Source: an uncultured bacterium
Lineage (GTDB): Bacteria; Omnitrophota; Omnitrophia; Omnitrophales; Aquincolibacteriaceae
Assembly (NCBI GenBank): GCA_964385615.1
Contig: CAYLPP010000011.1
Coordinates: 19,508 to 83,507 of the forward strand
Direction: 5' to 3'
Length of the DNA: 64,000 nucleotides
Below are positions 9,706-20,246 of the stretch, in pieces. The position numbers and the translations under genes are program-made. Under the pieces are notes generated by a model. The model was not told the DNA's origin and made no database searches. It saw nothing but the letters and a program-made list of their open reading frames with translations. Position 1 is the first letter of the stretch. Each line of letters opens with the position of its first letter.

Positions 9706-10533
9706 ATGCCCGGCATGTCACCAATTCACCCTTCAGCCGTGATCGGCAAGAATGTTCAGATGGGCTCTGGAAACGTCATCGGCCCCAATGTGATCATTGA
9801 AGATGACGTTAAGATCGGCGACAACAACCAGTTTTTAGCCGGAGCTTATATCTGCTCCGGCACCGAAATCGGTGACGCGAATGTTTTTCATATGCACGCC
9901 ATCGTCGGCCACACGCCTCAGGATCTGGCTTTTAAATATGAACCGACCTTCACCCGGATCGGCAGTCACAATGTCATCCGCGAATTCGTGACCATTCACC
10001 GAGGAACCAAGGCCGGCACCTGGACCCAGATTGGCGATCACAATTACATCATGGCGTACTGCCATATCGCCCACAACTGCCGGCTCGGCAGCCACATCAT
10101 CATGGTCAACAATGCTTCGCTGACCGGTCATATCGAAGTTGAAGACCGGGCTTTTCTTTCCGGCATGACCGGTTTTCACCAGTTTACCCGCATCGGCACC
10201 TTGGCGATGGTCAGCGCGCTCTCGGCTTTCAACAAAGATATTCCCCCGTTCATCATGTGCGGAGGCAGACCGGGCGTGGCGCAGGGAATCAACGTGATCG
10301 GGATGAGGCGCGCGGGCATCAGCGCTCCGGTCCGGGAAGAAATCAAGAAATGCTACAAACTCCTCTACCGCTCAGGCCTGAATACTTCACAGGCCGTCGA
10401 AGAAATTAAAAAGCAGTTTTCCAGCCCCGAAGTTCAGCACTTGGTGAGATTTATTGAATCTTCTAAAAGAGGAATTATCCGCGGAGCGGATGCTTCGGAA
10501 GATACTCAGGAATCGGAAGAAGAACTGATCTGA
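9706..10533 (+). CDS. lpxA: Acyl-ACP--UDP-N-acetylglucosamine O-acyltransferase
   Basis: Left-handed beta-helix hexapeptide repeats (IHPSAVIGKNVQMGSGNVIGPNVIIEDDVKIGDNN...) and a C-terminal helical domain typical of LpxA. Start moved to the ATG at 9706, just after the chrA stop. Confidence 0.85.
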   Translation: MPGMSPIHPSAVIGKNVQMGSGNVIGPNVIIEDDVKIGDNNQFLAGAYICSGTEIGDANVFHMHAIVGHTPQDLAFKYEPTFTRIGSHNVIREFVTIHRGTKAGTWTQIGDHNYIMAYCHIAHNCRLGSHIIMVNNASLTGHIEVEDRAFLSGMTGFHQFTRIGTLAMVSALSAFNKDIPPFIMCGGRPGVAQGINVIGMRRAGISAPVREEIKKCYKLLYRSGLNTSQAVEEIKKQFSSPEVQHLVRFIESSKRGIIRGADASEDTQESEEELI

Positions 10534-11552
10534 AAACCGTTTGTTTCCTGCCACAGAAGATCTGCAACCCGCTTATGACCGGCCCGGTTCCAGTGGATGT
10601 CTTCCCGCAAGTAGTAACGGCTGACCGTTTCTTTCGGGTCTGAACCTTGCATAAACGCGGGGAAGAAATCAATAAACCGGACGTTTTTCTCACGGCACCA
10701 TTCTTTCCAAACGCTTTCCTGCTTCTGGTCCCTTTTCACGCTTAAAATCTGCACCGGCCACGGATAAACGGCAACCGTCATTTTGATATGATGCTTTTCC
10801 AATAAGGCGTACAGCTGATCCATGTGAGACCGTTCAAGCCTGAGTCCTTCCTGAACGGTAGGCAGAGAGTAAACCGAATCATCAAAACTCCACAAGTCCT
10901 GCAGACGGCGGTCTTCCGGCCGTTTTGTTTCGGAATGACTTTTCTTCCCAAAATAATCCTTCACACAAAAAAGAACGCGGACCAGAATGGAGTTATCCTT
11001 CAACGCTGATATCTGAAGGCTTCCCTTCCCCGGGTTCACGGCGTAATTGATCTCGTCGATAACATCTGAAGTATCAATAAAAACAAAAACCTCATCCGCT
11101 TCAAGCCCCAGGGTTTCAAGCAAGTACGCGGTTTTTCGCAGATAAAGCACGGGTGAATAAGAGCTGACACCGGCGTCGAGAACTTCAATGCCTAGAGGTT
11201 TAAGTTTCAGCGCGGTTTGCCCGGCAAAGGTTTCTTCGTAATCAACCCCAATGCCCTCCGTGAACGAATCCCCCACAAATAAAATCCTTCGTCCCGTTTT
11301 TTTCAGCTCGACGTTCCGTTTCGAAAAATCCCGGAGTCCGAGGGAGTTGGTCATTAACTTGTAAGAACTTCCGCCCCAGGACTCCATTGATTCAGCGTTA
11401 GGGTTAAAACCATGATGATAGGCGGAAGATGAAACGCGCACAGGGTCGGGAACGGGTTTAGGAACGCCGAAAGCCGTGTAAAGCCTGCCGGCGCAAAAAT
11501 CGAAGGCGAGAAAAGTCAGGAAGAAAAGAGTAACCCTCTTAAACTTTTCCAA
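10506..11552 (-). CDS. SGNH/GDSL-type hydrolase with N-terminal signal anchor
   Basis: 348 aa with block-I motif FVGDSFTEG and an N-terminal hydrophobic segment. Convergent with lpxA, with a short 3' overlap. Confidence 0.4.
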   Translation of the reverse strand: MEKFKRVTLFFLTFLAFDFCAGRLYTAFGVPKPVPDPVRVSSSAYHHGFNPNAESMESWGGSSYKLMTNSLGLRDFSKRNVELKKTGRRILFVGDSFTEGIGVDYEETFAGQTALKLKPLGIEVLDAGVSSYSPVLYLRKTAYLLETLGLEADEVFVFIDTSDVIDEINYAVNPGKGSLQISALKDNSILVRVLFCVKDYFGKKSHSETKRPEDRRLQDLWSFDDSVYSLPTVQEGLRLERSHMDQLYALLEKHHIKMTVAVYPWPVQILSVKRDQKQESVWKEWCREKNVRFIDFFPAFMQGSDPKETVSRYYLREDIHWNRAGHKRVADLLWQETNGFQISSSSDS

Positions 11553-12795
11553 GAATCAGGATGGAATTTTTACCGCCGAAACCGAAAGAATTTTTCATCG
11601 CCACTTCGATCTTGGCTTTCCTCGATTTATTTGGGACATAATCGAGGTCGCATTCAGGATCGGGCGTTCCGTAGTTGATGGTGGGGGGAATCTCTTCGTG
11701 CTTCATCGCCAGGATGGTCGCGATTAATTCCATCGCTCCCGCCGCGCCGATGAGGTGACCGATCATGGACTTCGTGGAAGACACCGGAATTTTGTAAGCG
11801 TGCGCGCCCAGCGCTTTCTTAATAATCATCGTTTCAGTCTTGTCGTTGAGCGGGGTTGAGGTGCCGTGGGCGTTAACGTAATCAATATCCTCCGGCTTTA
11901 CGCCCGCGTTCTGCATGGCCATTTTCATGGCGCGAACAGCTTCCGTACCTTCCGGGTCCGGCGCCGTCATGTGATAAGCGTCGGTCGTCATGCCATGCCC
12001 GAGAATCTCCGCGTAAATTTTTGCTCCACGTTTTCTCGCGTGCTCATATTCTTCCAGGACTAAAATCCCCGCTCCCTCGCCCAGCACGAAACCATCGCGG
12101 TCACGGCTGAACGGGCGTGAAGCACCGGTCGGATTATCATTGCGGGTCGACATCGCGCGCGCCACGCAAAACGCCGCCAGAATGCCAGGAAAGATCGAAG
12201 CTTCGGCACCGCCCATGATCAGAAAATCCATGGCTCCGTTGCGGATCGCGTCAAACGCGTAACCGCCCGCGTCGGAAGCCGAAGAACAAGCCGTGGAAAT
12301 AGAAAAGCTGGGGCCGGTAACTCCAAGCTCGATTGAAATATTGCTGGTGCAAGCATCGGGAAAACCCGCAAGCGCCGTAAAAGGATTGATGCGCATGGGG
12401 CCTTTTTCCATCAGCGTCGTATGCTGATTTAAAATGTACCCGTGGCCGGCCATGGAAGTCCCGATAATGACGCCGGTTCTTTCGCGCCCGCCGTTTTCCT
12501 GAAAATTCAGCCCGGCATCCTGGACCGCCATTTTCGCGGCGGCAACGGCAAGCTGGGAAGTGCGGTCCATGCGCTTGAGGCGCTTGGCGTCAATAAATTG
12601 GGCCGGGTCAAAATTCTTGATTTCACCGGCAAACTGGGTGGTAAAAGCGGAAGGGTCAAAAGCTTCGATTTTGGAAATTCCGGAACGCCCGTCTTTCAGG
12701 GCGTTCCAGAACTCATCTTTTCCAAAACCAATGGAAGAAACAACTCCAAGGCCGGTAACAACGACGCGCCGTTTTCCAGACTCTGAGGGAATCAC
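11539..12795 (-). CDS. fabF: 3-oxoacyl-ACP synthase II
   Basis: 418 aa. Active-site Cys context (STACSSAS), two His motifs (NAHGTST; GHLIGAAG) and a GFGG C-terminus. Confidence 0.9.
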   Translation of the reverse strand: MIPSESGKRRVVVTGLGVVSSIGFGKDEFWNALKDGRSGISKIEAFDPSAFTTQFAGEIKNFDPAQFIDAKRLKRMDRTSQLAVAAAKMAVQDAGLNFQENGGRERTGVIIGTSMAGHGYILNQHTTLMEKGPMRINPFTALAGFPDACTSNISIELGVTGPSFSISTACSSASDAGGYAFDAIRNGAMDFLIMGGAEASIFPGILAAFCVARAMSTRNDNPTGASRPFSRDRDGFVLGEGAGILVLEEYEHARKRGAKIYAEILGHGMTTDAYHMTAPDPEGTEAVRAMKMAMQNAGVKPEDIDYVNAHGTSTPLNDKTETMIIKKALGAHAYKIPVSSTKSMIGHLIGAAGAMELIATILAMKHEEIPPTINYGTPDPECDLDYVPNKSRKAKIEVAMKNSFGFGGKNSILILGKV

Positions 12796-12806
12796 GGCTT
12801 AAAAAC

Positions 12807-14369
12807 TTAGCGTGTTGAAACGGTTTCTTTGCAGCTCAGGGCGATTTTACGGGCTTCGTGATCAACGTTGAGAATGCTGACGTTGAGTGAATCGCCGGTG
12901 CGGAATTTTTTCTCAAGATCGGCAGACTGGGTTGCCGGAATTTCAGAAACGTGAACCAAGCCTTCCAACCCATTATCAAGCTCGACAAACAGGCCGAAGT
13001 TGACGATGCGGGTAATCTTCCCGGACATCGGCATCCCCGCCACGAGATTCTTGGTCAGCTGATCCCACGGATCTTCAGTCAACTGCTTCATGCCCAGGGA
13101 AATCTTCTGAGCTTCGGTGTCGATGGAAAGAACCATCACATCCACAGGCTCACCCTTTTTCAGGACATCGCTAGGTTTGTTGACTTTGTGGGTCCATGAA
13201 ATATCGGAGATATGCACAAGACCGTCAATGCCCGGCTCAAGTTCGATGAACGCGCCGTAGTCGGTCAAATTGCGGACCGTACCCTTAACCTTTTCACCGA
13301 TGCGGTACTTGTCGGAAACCTTGGCCCAGGGATTTTCCTGAGTCTGTTTCATACCCAGGGAGATCTTCTTGGCATCCTTGTCCATGTTCAGGATGATGAC
13401 TTCAACTTCATCACCAATCTGAAGCAGTTCGGAAGGATGGGTCACGCGCTTGGTCCAGGAAAGCTCGCTGATATGAACAAGACCTTCAACGCCCGGCTCA
13501 AGTTCCACAAACGCGCCGTACGGAAGGATATTCACAACCTTGCCCTTAACCTGGGTACCGCTGGAATAACGGCTTTCAACATTGCCCCAAGGATTGGCGC
13601 TTTTCTGTTTGAGACCCAGAGAAACTTTTTCATTGGTGCGGTCAATGCTGATGATCATGACATCAAGTTCATCACCCAGCTTAACCATTTCGGACGGATG
13701 GGACAAACGGCCCCAGCTCATGTCCGTGATATGAAGCAGACCATCAAGGTCGCCCAGATCCACAAACACGCCGAAGTCGGTGATGTTTTTCACGCGGCCG
13801 CGGATGACCTGGTTTTCCTGAAGCTCGGCAATTTTCTTACCGCGAGCCTGGGAACGTTCCTTATCGATGAAATCTTTGCGGGAGACCACCACGTTCTTGC
13901 GCTTATGGTTGATCTTGACGATGACAAACTTGCTTCCAAGACCCAGGAACTGGTCCAGATTGCGGGTCGGCTTGCTGTCGACCAGAGAAGCCGGCAGGAA
14001 AGCTTCCATGCCGATATCGACCATGAAACCGCCGCGGACTTTCTTGAAAATTTTGCCTTCGACAATACTGCCTTCTTCGGCATTGACGAGAAGGTCGTTC
14101 CAGGTACGCTGACGGTCGGCCTTTCTCTTGGAAAGAACCACGATGCCTTCTTCATCATTGAAAGATTCAAAGAGGACATCCATCTCAGCGCCAATCTGTA
14201 CTTCAGACTGATCCGGAAATTCATCCAGATGGAGAATGCCTTCAGCCTTGTATCCGATATCTACCAGAACCTCCCGGCCACGGATGGCGACAATCTTACC
14301 TTTTACTACTTCGCCTTCCTCAAAATTTTGGACAGTTTTTTCGTAAAGATCGGAAAATTGGGAACTCAT
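12807..14369 (-). CDS. rpsA: 30S ribosomal protein S1
   Basis: 520 aa with repeated S1 RNA-binding domains (recurring G.V...GAFV.L..G..GL.HISE. blocks). Confidence 0.9.
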   Translation of the reverse strand: MSSQFSDLYEKTVQNFEEGEVVKGKIVAIRGREVLVDIGYKAEGILHLDEFPDQSEVQIGAEMDVLFESFNDEEGIVVLSKRKADRQRTWNDLLVNAEEGSIVEGKIFKKVRGGFMVDIGMEAFLPASLVDSKPTRNLDQFLGLGSKFVIVKINHKRKNVVVSRKDFIDKERSQARGKKIAELQENQVIRGRVKNITDFGVFVDLGDLDGLLHITDMSWGRLSHPSEMVKLGDELDVMIISIDRTNEKVSLGLKQKSANPWGNVESRYSSGTQVKGKVVNILPYGAFVELEPGVEGLVHISELSWTKRVTHPSELLQIGDEVEVIILNMDKDAKKISLGMKQTQENPWAKVSDKYRIGEKVKGTVRNLTDYGAFIELEPGIDGLVHISDISWTHKVNKPSDVLKKGEPVDVMVLSIDTEAQKISLGMKQLTEDPWDQLTKNLVAGMPMSGKITRIVNFGLFVELDNGLEGLVHVSEIPATQSADLEKKFRTGDSLNVSILNVDHEARKIALSCKETVSTR

Positions 14370-14542
14370 ACGGGCTAAAGCCTCCTGAAAAATAAAAGAA
14401 TTACGATGGACATTGCGATACCCGGAAGTTCTAAAAGCCTGAACTGGAAAGGGTTATATCGGTCCAATCGAAGTGGAGGGATTATAGCATAAACGATCAG
14501 ATTGCCAAACAGAATTTAACCCGGCCTGGAAGGGCCGTCAAA

Positions 14543-15406
14543 TCAGGCGCGCAGGGCCTTTCGGAGCTTTGAAATACGGGCCAGAAATCGATGCAGACCG
14601 GCCTCGTCTTTCCTCATAACCAGCCGTTCAAAAGCCTTGATTTGAGCCGTAAAACGTTTGAACACAGGTTTGAGAGCTTGGCGGTTGGAGATAAAGATCG
14701 GAACCCAGACGGAGGGATCGGCTTGAGCGATACGGGTGGAGTCCATAAACCCGCCCGCGGCGAACGGAAACGACTTGGAGTCGGCCGAAGCCACCAAACA
14801 GACCGCCGAAGCGTGAGGCAGGTGGCTGATCTCAGCAGTCACACGATCGTGACGAACCGGATCGATTTCATAAATCCGCCCGGAAATCTTTTTCCAGAAA
14901 TCCCGGACTGCCGTGTAGCCTTTGGAAGCGCCGGAGCGGATGACAAACGTAAGATGCTTGTCGTAAAGACCAGGCTGACAGGCTTCAATCCCCCGCCGGT
15001 GCGAACCGGTCATGGGGTGAGCGCTGGTGAAGGAAATACGCTTGAGATTTTTGCGGGCCCAGGAGCAAATCTCCTGTTTGGTGCTGCCGACATCCGTGAC
15101 CAAAGTACCGGGTCTGGCTGAAGCCTCGATTTTTTTCAGGAGCGGTTTAAGTGTGTCCACCGGAGTGCAGAGAATAATCAGATCCGCGGAACTTGAAGCC
15201 TTCTTCAGATCAGAAGCTTCGTGAATCCATTTCTGGCTCAGGGCCCGGCGCACCGCCTGTTGATTACGGCTGACACCGGTGATCCGGGCTTGCGGAAACT
15301 TCTTCCGGCACGCCGCTGCCAGCGAGCCTCCCATCAATCCCAGACCTACGACCGTGATTTTTTTAAATTTCACGCCCCACGACTTGAGCAATCGCTCGAA
15401 GTTCAC
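14543..15406 (-). CDS. tyrA: Prephenate dehydrogenase
   Basis: 287 aa with an N-terminal Rossmann fold ([16 protein letters not shown]). Sits in the aromatic-amino-acid gene block. Confidence 0.75.
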   Translation of the reverse strand: MNFERLLKSWGVKFKKITVVGLGLMGGSLAAACRKKFPQARITGVSRNQQAVRRALSQKWIHEASDLKKASSSADLIILCTPVDTLKPLLKKIEASARPGTLVTDVGSTKQEICSWARKNLKRISFTSAHPMTGSHRRGIEACQPGLYDKHLTFVIRSGASKGYTAVRDFWKKISGRIYEIDPVRHDRVTAEISHLPHASAVCLVASADSKSFPFAAGGFMDSTRIAQADPSVWVPIFISNRQALKPVFKRFTAQIKAFERLVMRKDEAGLHRFLARISKLRKALRA

Positions 15407-16379
15407 CCATCATTTTCACGAACTGATCCGGAAGAAGCGACTGAGGACCGTCGCTCTTGGCCTGTTCGGGATTGGTGTGCACTTCCACCATGATGCCGTC
15501 ACAGCCCGCGGCCACAGCCGCGCGCGCGATCGGAGCCACATAAGAACGCTTACCCGTACCGTGCGAAGGATCCAGCAGAATCGGAAGGTGAGTTTCGGAC
15601 TTCACCACAGGAATAGCATTGATGTCGACAGTATTGCGGGTCGCGGTCTCGTAGGTACGGATGCCGCGCTCGCAAAGCATGACCTTAAAGTTACCCTTAG
15701 CCAGCAGGTATTCGGCGGAAAGAATCATTTCACTGATTGTTCCGGCAAGTCCCCGTTTGAGCAGTGTCGGCTTCTTGGACATCCCGCATTCACGCAGGAG
15801 GTCAAAGTTCTGGGTATTGCGCGCGCCGATCTGAAGCATATCCGCATATTTCGAAACGAGCTCGACGTTACGGGGGTCCATAACTTCAGTCACGACCAGA
15901 AGGCCGAATTTATCGCCGGCTTCACGCAGGTATTTTAAACCTTCTTCGCCCAGGCCCTGGAAAGCGTAGGGAGAGGTGCGGGGTTTGTAAGCGCCTCCGC
16001 GGAGGAAAGTCGCGCCGCCCTTCTTGACGGTCTCAGCAATTTTAAAAAGCATTTCACGGCTTTCCACAGAGCAAGGTCCAGCCATCACCACGATTTTCTT
16101 ACCGCCGACTTTGACACCGTTCCCCATATCAAACTCAGTGTTCTCCGGTTTGAAGTCACGGCTGGCCAGCTTGTAAGGTTTTTGAATCGGCACGACATTC
16201 TCAACACCCGGAAACGCTTCAAGCGGCTGAATGCGGAGTTTTTCTTCTTCACCGATTACACCGATAATGGTGCGGTCCACGCCGCGGGAAACCTGCGGAG
16301 TCAGACCCAGTTCCTTGACCTTTTCGCAGATGTGGTCAATCTGGTCGGGAGTTGCGGAGTGCTGCATGACGATAATCAT
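15363..16379 (-). CDS. aroF: 3-deoxy-7-phosphoheptulonate (DAHP) synthase, type I-beta with N-terminal ferredoxin-like regulatory domain
   Basis: 338 aa. N-terminal [26 protein letters not shown] regulatory domain followed by a KDO8PS/DAHPS TIM barrel (GPCSVES...KPRTSP). Confidence 0.85.
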   Translation of the reverse strand: MIIVMQHSATPDQIDHICEKVKELGLTPQVSRGVDRTIIGVIGEEEKLRIQPLEAFPGVENVVPIQKPYKLASRDFKPENTEFDMGNGVKVGGKKIVVMAGPCSVESREMLFKIAETVKKGGATFLRGGAYKPRTSPYAFQGLGEEGLKYLREAGDKFGLLVVTEVMDPRNVELVSKYADMLQIGARNTQNFDLLRECGMSKKPTLLKRGLAGTISEMILSAEYLLAKGNFKVMLCERGIRTYETATRNTVDINAIPVVKSETHLPILLDPSHGTGKRSYVAPIARAAVAAGCDGIMVEVHTNPEQAKSDGPQSLLPDQFVKMMGELRAIAQVVGREI

Positions 16380-16382
16380 TTT

Positions 16383-17474
16383 TTATGCTCCTTTGAGATA
16401 CAATTTTAAAAGTCGGTAAAACTGCGCGTTCTGACTGCGCCGCCCCACGGTGACGCGGATCCACGTGGGAAGCCGGTAGGCTTTCATGGAACGCACGATC
16501 AAGCCCTGTTTCAGGAGGGCTTTAAAAACCTCATCCGCGTCGCGGCCTGTGTCCACGAGCACGAAATTAGCCTGACTGGGCAAAGCCCTCAGACTGAGTT
16601 TGCGGAAGACGCGGTAAAGATATTTCCGGCCGCTTTTAACGAGATGCCGGGTCCGCCACAGGAAGAACTTATCATCCAGCGCCGCGGCCGCTCCGGCCTG
16701 CGCGATGGAATTCACATTAAACGGCTGACGAATCTTATGCAGGTAACCGATGACTTCCGGGGAAGCAACCCCGTAGCCCACCCTGAGCCCCGCAAGGCCG
16801 AAAGCCTTGGAAAAGGTCCTAAGAATAACGATATTCGGGTTTCTTTTCAAGTCATCTAGTGTGTCGGGAAAATCCCCTGCTTCCACGAAATCCACGTAGG
16901 CTTCGTCAAAACAGACCAGCACATGGTCTGGAACTTTGGCTAAAAAGTCCCGCACTTCAGTCTTTGTGACATAAGTTCCGGTCGGATTATTCGGATTAGC
17001 GATAAAAACCAGTTTCGTTTTATCCGTAATCGCGTTCAAAATCCCCGGTAGGTCGTAACGGTAATCCTTCATAGGTACTTCTATAAACTTGGCACCGCAA
17101 ACCTGGGTCAGAATCGGGTAAACCAAAAACGAAATCTCTGAAGAAACCACTTCATCGCCCGGCGACACGAAACCGCGCACCAACAGCTCGATAATTTCAT
17201 TGGAACCGTTGCCGATCACCAGCTGATTTTCAGGAACGCCAATCGTTTCCGAAAGTTTCTTAATCAGGTAGTGACAGCTGGATTCCGGATAAAGATGCAC
17301 TTCAGGAAGCGCGCGGCGCATGGCACGAAGCGCCTTGCGTGAAGGCCCCAGCGGATTTTCGTTGGAAGCCAACTTGATGATGCGCTTCAGACCAAGCTCG
17401 CGCTCTACTTCTTTAATAGGCTTGCCCGGTTCATACGGCTTCACAGAATGAATGTAATCTTTGAAAAGTTTCAT
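16383..17474 (-). CDS. hisC: Histidinol-phosphate/aromatic aminotransferase (class II PLP)
   Basis: KLASNENPLGPS motif and a fold-type-I aminotransferase body. Start placed at MKLFKDY (17474); the 61-aa upstream extension in the ORF track would overlap pheA by 170 nt. Confidence 0.8.
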   Translation of the reverse strand: MKLFKDYIHSVKPYEPGKPIKEVERELGLKRIIKLASNENPLGPSRKALRAMRRALPEVHLYPESSCHYLIKKLSETIGVPENQLVIGNGSNEIIELLVRGFVSPGDEVVSSEISFLVYPILTQVCGAKFIEVPMKDYRYDLPGILNAITDKTKLVFIANPNNPTGTYVTKTEVRDFLAKVPDHVLVCFDEAYVDFVEAGDFPDTLDDLKRNPNIVILRTFSKAFGLAGLRVGYGVASPEVIGYLHKIRQPFNVNSIAQAGAAAALDDKFFLWRTRHLVKSGRKYLYRVFRKLSLRALPSQANFVLVDTGRDADEVFKALLKQGLIVRSMKAYRLPTWIRVTVGRRSQNAQFYRLLKLYLKGA

Positions 17475-17487
17475 AATGCTTAACGGC

Positions 17488-18561
17488 TCAGCTTTCGCGG
17501 GCGGCTGTGGCGGGATAAGACCCGAGCACCTTAATGAACTTGACCTTCCCTTCCATCTCATGAAGCATTTTTTTGATGGCGGGCTTTTCAACGTGGCCTT
17601 CGAAATCGATGAAAAAATAATAGTCCCAGGCTTTTTTCTTACTGGGACGCGACTCAATTTTGGTCATATTAACTTTGTATTTGCGGATAGGCGAAAGCAT
17701 TTCATAAAGCGCTCCGACCTTGTCCTTCATGGAAACAAGAATGGAGGTCTTATCTTGACCGGACGGCGGCGGCAGCTGACGGGAAATAATCAGGAACCGT
17801 GTCACGTTCTGGGCAAAATCCTGAATATTCGAAGCCACAACCGGCAGGTTATAAAGAGTCGCGGCAAGTTTGGAACCGATAGCCGCGGAACCGTCTTCAT
17901 TCTGCGCGCGCTGGGCCGCGGCCGTGGTACTGGCCGTTTCCACCAGCTCAACATCCGGGAGATGGGACTCCAGCCACTGACGGCATTGACCGAACACTTC
18001 CGCTTTGGAATAAACACGTTTGATGCGTTTCTTGTCGGAATTCGACATCAAATAGTGCGAAACCTCAAACAAAATTTCAGAACAGATTTTAAGGTCGGAC
18101 TCGAAAAACATATCCAGCGTGTGACTGACCGCGCCTTCAATGGAGTTCTCAATCGGCACGACACCGTAATCGGCGTGCTTAAGATTCACTTCGTTGAAGA
18201 CTTGAGAAATACTGCTCGCGGGAAAATATTTCACGCTCGATCCGAATTTGGAAAGCGACGCCAGGTGCGTGAACGTAGCTTCAGGCCCCAGGTAAGCAAT
18301 CGTCAGAGGTTTTTCAATCGCCAGGGCGGCCGACATGATTTCGCGGTAAATCGATTTCAAAGAATCCTTGGGCAGAGGGCCCTTGGCTTCCTTGTCGATC
18401 TTCTGATAAATCTGGCTCTCCCGCTCCGGCGCGTAGATTTCCTTGCCGGTTTCGGTTTTCACCTTACCGACTTCCAGCGCCAGCTGGGTGCGTTCGTTCA
18501 GAAGCTGGATGATTTTGGCATCCAGCTCATCAATTTTACTGCGCAGATGACTCAGATTCAT
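17488..18561 (-). CDS. pheA: Bifunctional chorismate mutase / prephenate dehydratase (P-protein)
   Basis: N-terminal AroQ chorismate mutase (LRSKIDELDAKIIQLLNERTQLALEVGKVK), then a PDT domain and a C-terminal ACT domain. Start placed at MNLSHL to limit the overlap with scpB. Confidence 0.85.
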   Translation of the reverse strand: MNLSHLRSKIDELDAKIIQLLNERTQLALEVGKVKTETGKEIYAPERESQIYQKIDKEAKGPLPKDSLKSIYREIMSAALAIEKPLTIAYLGPEATFTHLASLSKFGSSVKYFPASSISQVFNEVNLKHADYGVVPIENSIEGAVSHTLDMFFESDLKICSEILFEVSHYLMSNSDKKRIKRVYSKAEVFGQCRQWLESHLPDVELVETASTTAAAQRAQNEDGSAAIGSKLAATLYNLPVVASNIQDFAQNVTRFLIISRQLPPPSGQDKTSILVSMKDKVGALYEMLSPIRKYKVNMTKIESRPSKKKAWDYYFFIDFEGHVEKPAIKKMLHEMEGKVKFIKVLGSYPATAARES

Positions 18562-19411
18562 TTTCCTCAGCCTGTTCGTTTTCAGAAGCGGACACGATTT
18601 CTTCTTCAATCTCAGCTTCCGTCACCGGAGCTTCAGCCTGCGTTTCTTCGGTTTCAGAAACGGCACCTTCAGCCCCCTCCGCGACCGTCACCATTTTCTG
18701 AGTGCCCAGAAGGTCTTCCTTCTTCACGGAGTTTTCCACAATGTTTTTGATTTCCTGAATATTCGGCAGTTCCTCAAGGGACTTCAGCCCGAAATGCTCC
18801 AGGAATTTCTCAGTCGTTCCGTACATGAAGGGCCGGCCCGGAACTTCCTTTTTGCCGACAATCTTAATGAATCCGCGCTCAGTCAGCGTGTTCACGACAC
18901 CGCTGGCATCCACTCCGCGAAGCTCTTCGATTTCCGCGCGCGTGATCGGCTGTTTGTAAGCCAGAATTGCGAGCGTTTCCAGAGCGGACTGGGTTACCTG
19001 CTTGGCTTTTTTCTGAAGTTCAACCTTGAAAATCCAAGGCGCGAATTCTTTTTTGGTGGCGATTTCATAACCGCCGGCAATTCCGACAATCTCAAAACTA
19101 CGGCCGTCGCGCACGTATTCGGCGCCCAGCTCAGTCACGATATTTTCAATATCCTTGATAGAAAAAGCTTTCAGAACACGGCGGATTTCCTGCGGAGTCA
19201 GGGGCTTGGCGGAAGCAAACAAAAGGGCTTCGATAATCCGCTTGGCCCGGTCCGCGTCCACGGCTTCGTCATTGATGCTCTGAACTTCGACGCGCGAGGG
19301 CTCATCCAGCATGACCGCGGGAAGCTGTTCTTCCAGCTTGTCCTCAAGCTCACGGCGGAGCTGTTTCATTTTTTCGGCCTGTTCTTTTTCTTTGTCTTCC
19401 TTTTTCCCCAT
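18536..19411 (-). CDS. scpB: Segregation and condensation protein B
   Basis: IIEALLFASAKPLTPQEI winged-helix N-terminus, the second winged helix, and an acidic C-terminal tail. Confidence 0.85.
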   Translation of the reverse strand: MGKKEDKEKEQAEKMKQLRRELEDKLEEQLPAVMLDEPSRVEVQSINDEAVDADRAKRIIEALLFASAKPLTPQEIRRVLKAFSIKDIENIVTELGAEYVRDGRSFEIVGIAGGYEIATKKEFAPWIFKVELQKKAKQVTQSALETLAILAYKQPITRAEIEELRGVDASGVVNTLTERGFIKIVGKKEVPGRPFMYGTTEKFLEHFGLKSLEELPNIQEIKNIVENSVKKEDLLGTQKMVTVAEGAEGAVSETEETQAEAPVTEAEIEEEIVSASENEQAEENESESSAQ

Positions 19412-19415
19412 TGAA

Positions 19416-20246
19416 TTAGGCTCCTATCGCTTCAGGCATTTGTTCGATGTAAATTTCGCCGTACTGTTTTTCCTGCACGACCCGGGCAATCTTGGTGCGC
19501 ACAATTTCAAGCACCGCGAGAAACGTCACGATCAAAAGATTGCGGGTCCACCCTGTCCGGAAAAGCTCAGAGAAAACGACTTTCTTGTTTTCCACCAGCC
19601 GGGTACGGATTTCCGACATTTTATCTTCAATTGAAACCACCTGCTCAAAAACTTCGTGAATCGCTTCATTCGCGCCTTTTGCCAGCACGCTCTGAAACGC
19701 GGTCAATAAATCAAAAAGGTTGGCGCTGAAGCTGTCGATTTCGACATCCGCCGCGTCCATTTCTGAAAGATAATACTCCGAAAGCTGGCGCGTGAAAACC
19801 TTTCCGCGCTCATCTTCCATCCAGCCCAGTTCCTTGGCCGCGTGCTTAAAAGCCTGGTACTCAAGCAGTTTGCGCACCAGTTCAGCGCGGGGATCACCGC
19901 CCTCATCATCCTCATCCGTATTATCCTGAGGAAGGAGCATTTTGGACTTAATATAAAGAAGGGTCGCCGCCATCACGATAAACTCACCCGCGATTTCCAG
20001 GTCGAGCTGTTTGATGCGGGCCAGATAGGCCAGATACTGGCTGGTAATTTCAGAAACCTGGATATTGTAAATATCCATTTCATTCTTCCGGATCAAGTCC
20101 AGAAGCAGATCCAGAGGACCATCATAAACGGCGATCTTAACGTGAAGAGGATTTTCAGCCTGCTGAATCTGCGCTTCAGCAGGAGCAAGAATCGATTCTT
20201 CCGCCGGCACTAACTCTTCCGGCTGATTGTTTTCGTTTTCGGTCAT
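19416..20246 (-). CDS. scpA: Segregation and condensation protein A (kleisin)
   Basis: 276 aa, ScpA-like helical protein immediately upstream of scpB; LDLLLDLI motif. Confidence 0.8.
   Translation of the reverse strand: MTENENNQPEELVPAEESILAPAEAQIQQAENPLHVKIAVYDGPLDLLLDLIRKNEMDIYNIQVSEITSQYLAYLARIKQLDLEIAGEFIVMAATLLYIKSKMLLPQDNTDEDDEGGDPRAELVRKLLEYQAFKHAAKELGWMEDERGKVFTRQLSEYYLSEMDAADVEIDSFSANLFDLLTAFQSVLAKGANEAIHEVFEQVVSIEDKMSEIRTRLVENKKVVFSELFRTGWTRNLLIVTFLAVLEIVRTKIARVVQEKQYGEIYIEQMPEAIGA

Noticed and set aside
13212-14378. 388-aa ORF on the plus strand
   Set aside because: It is entirely antisense to rpsA, whose S1-domain repeats are unmistakable. It is Gly/Asp/Phe-rich low-complexity shadow sequence typical of GC-rich DNA.
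16383-17657. 61-aa N-terminal extension of the hisC ORF
   Set aside because: The extension would overlap pheA by 170 nt and is Ser/Pro/Lys-rich with no similarity. The conserved aminotransferase N-terminus begins at MKLFKDY (17474).
17461-18750. 429-aa ORF on the plus strand
   Set aside because: It is antisense to pheA and scpB and is compositionally biased (Arg/Phe/Gly/Leu).
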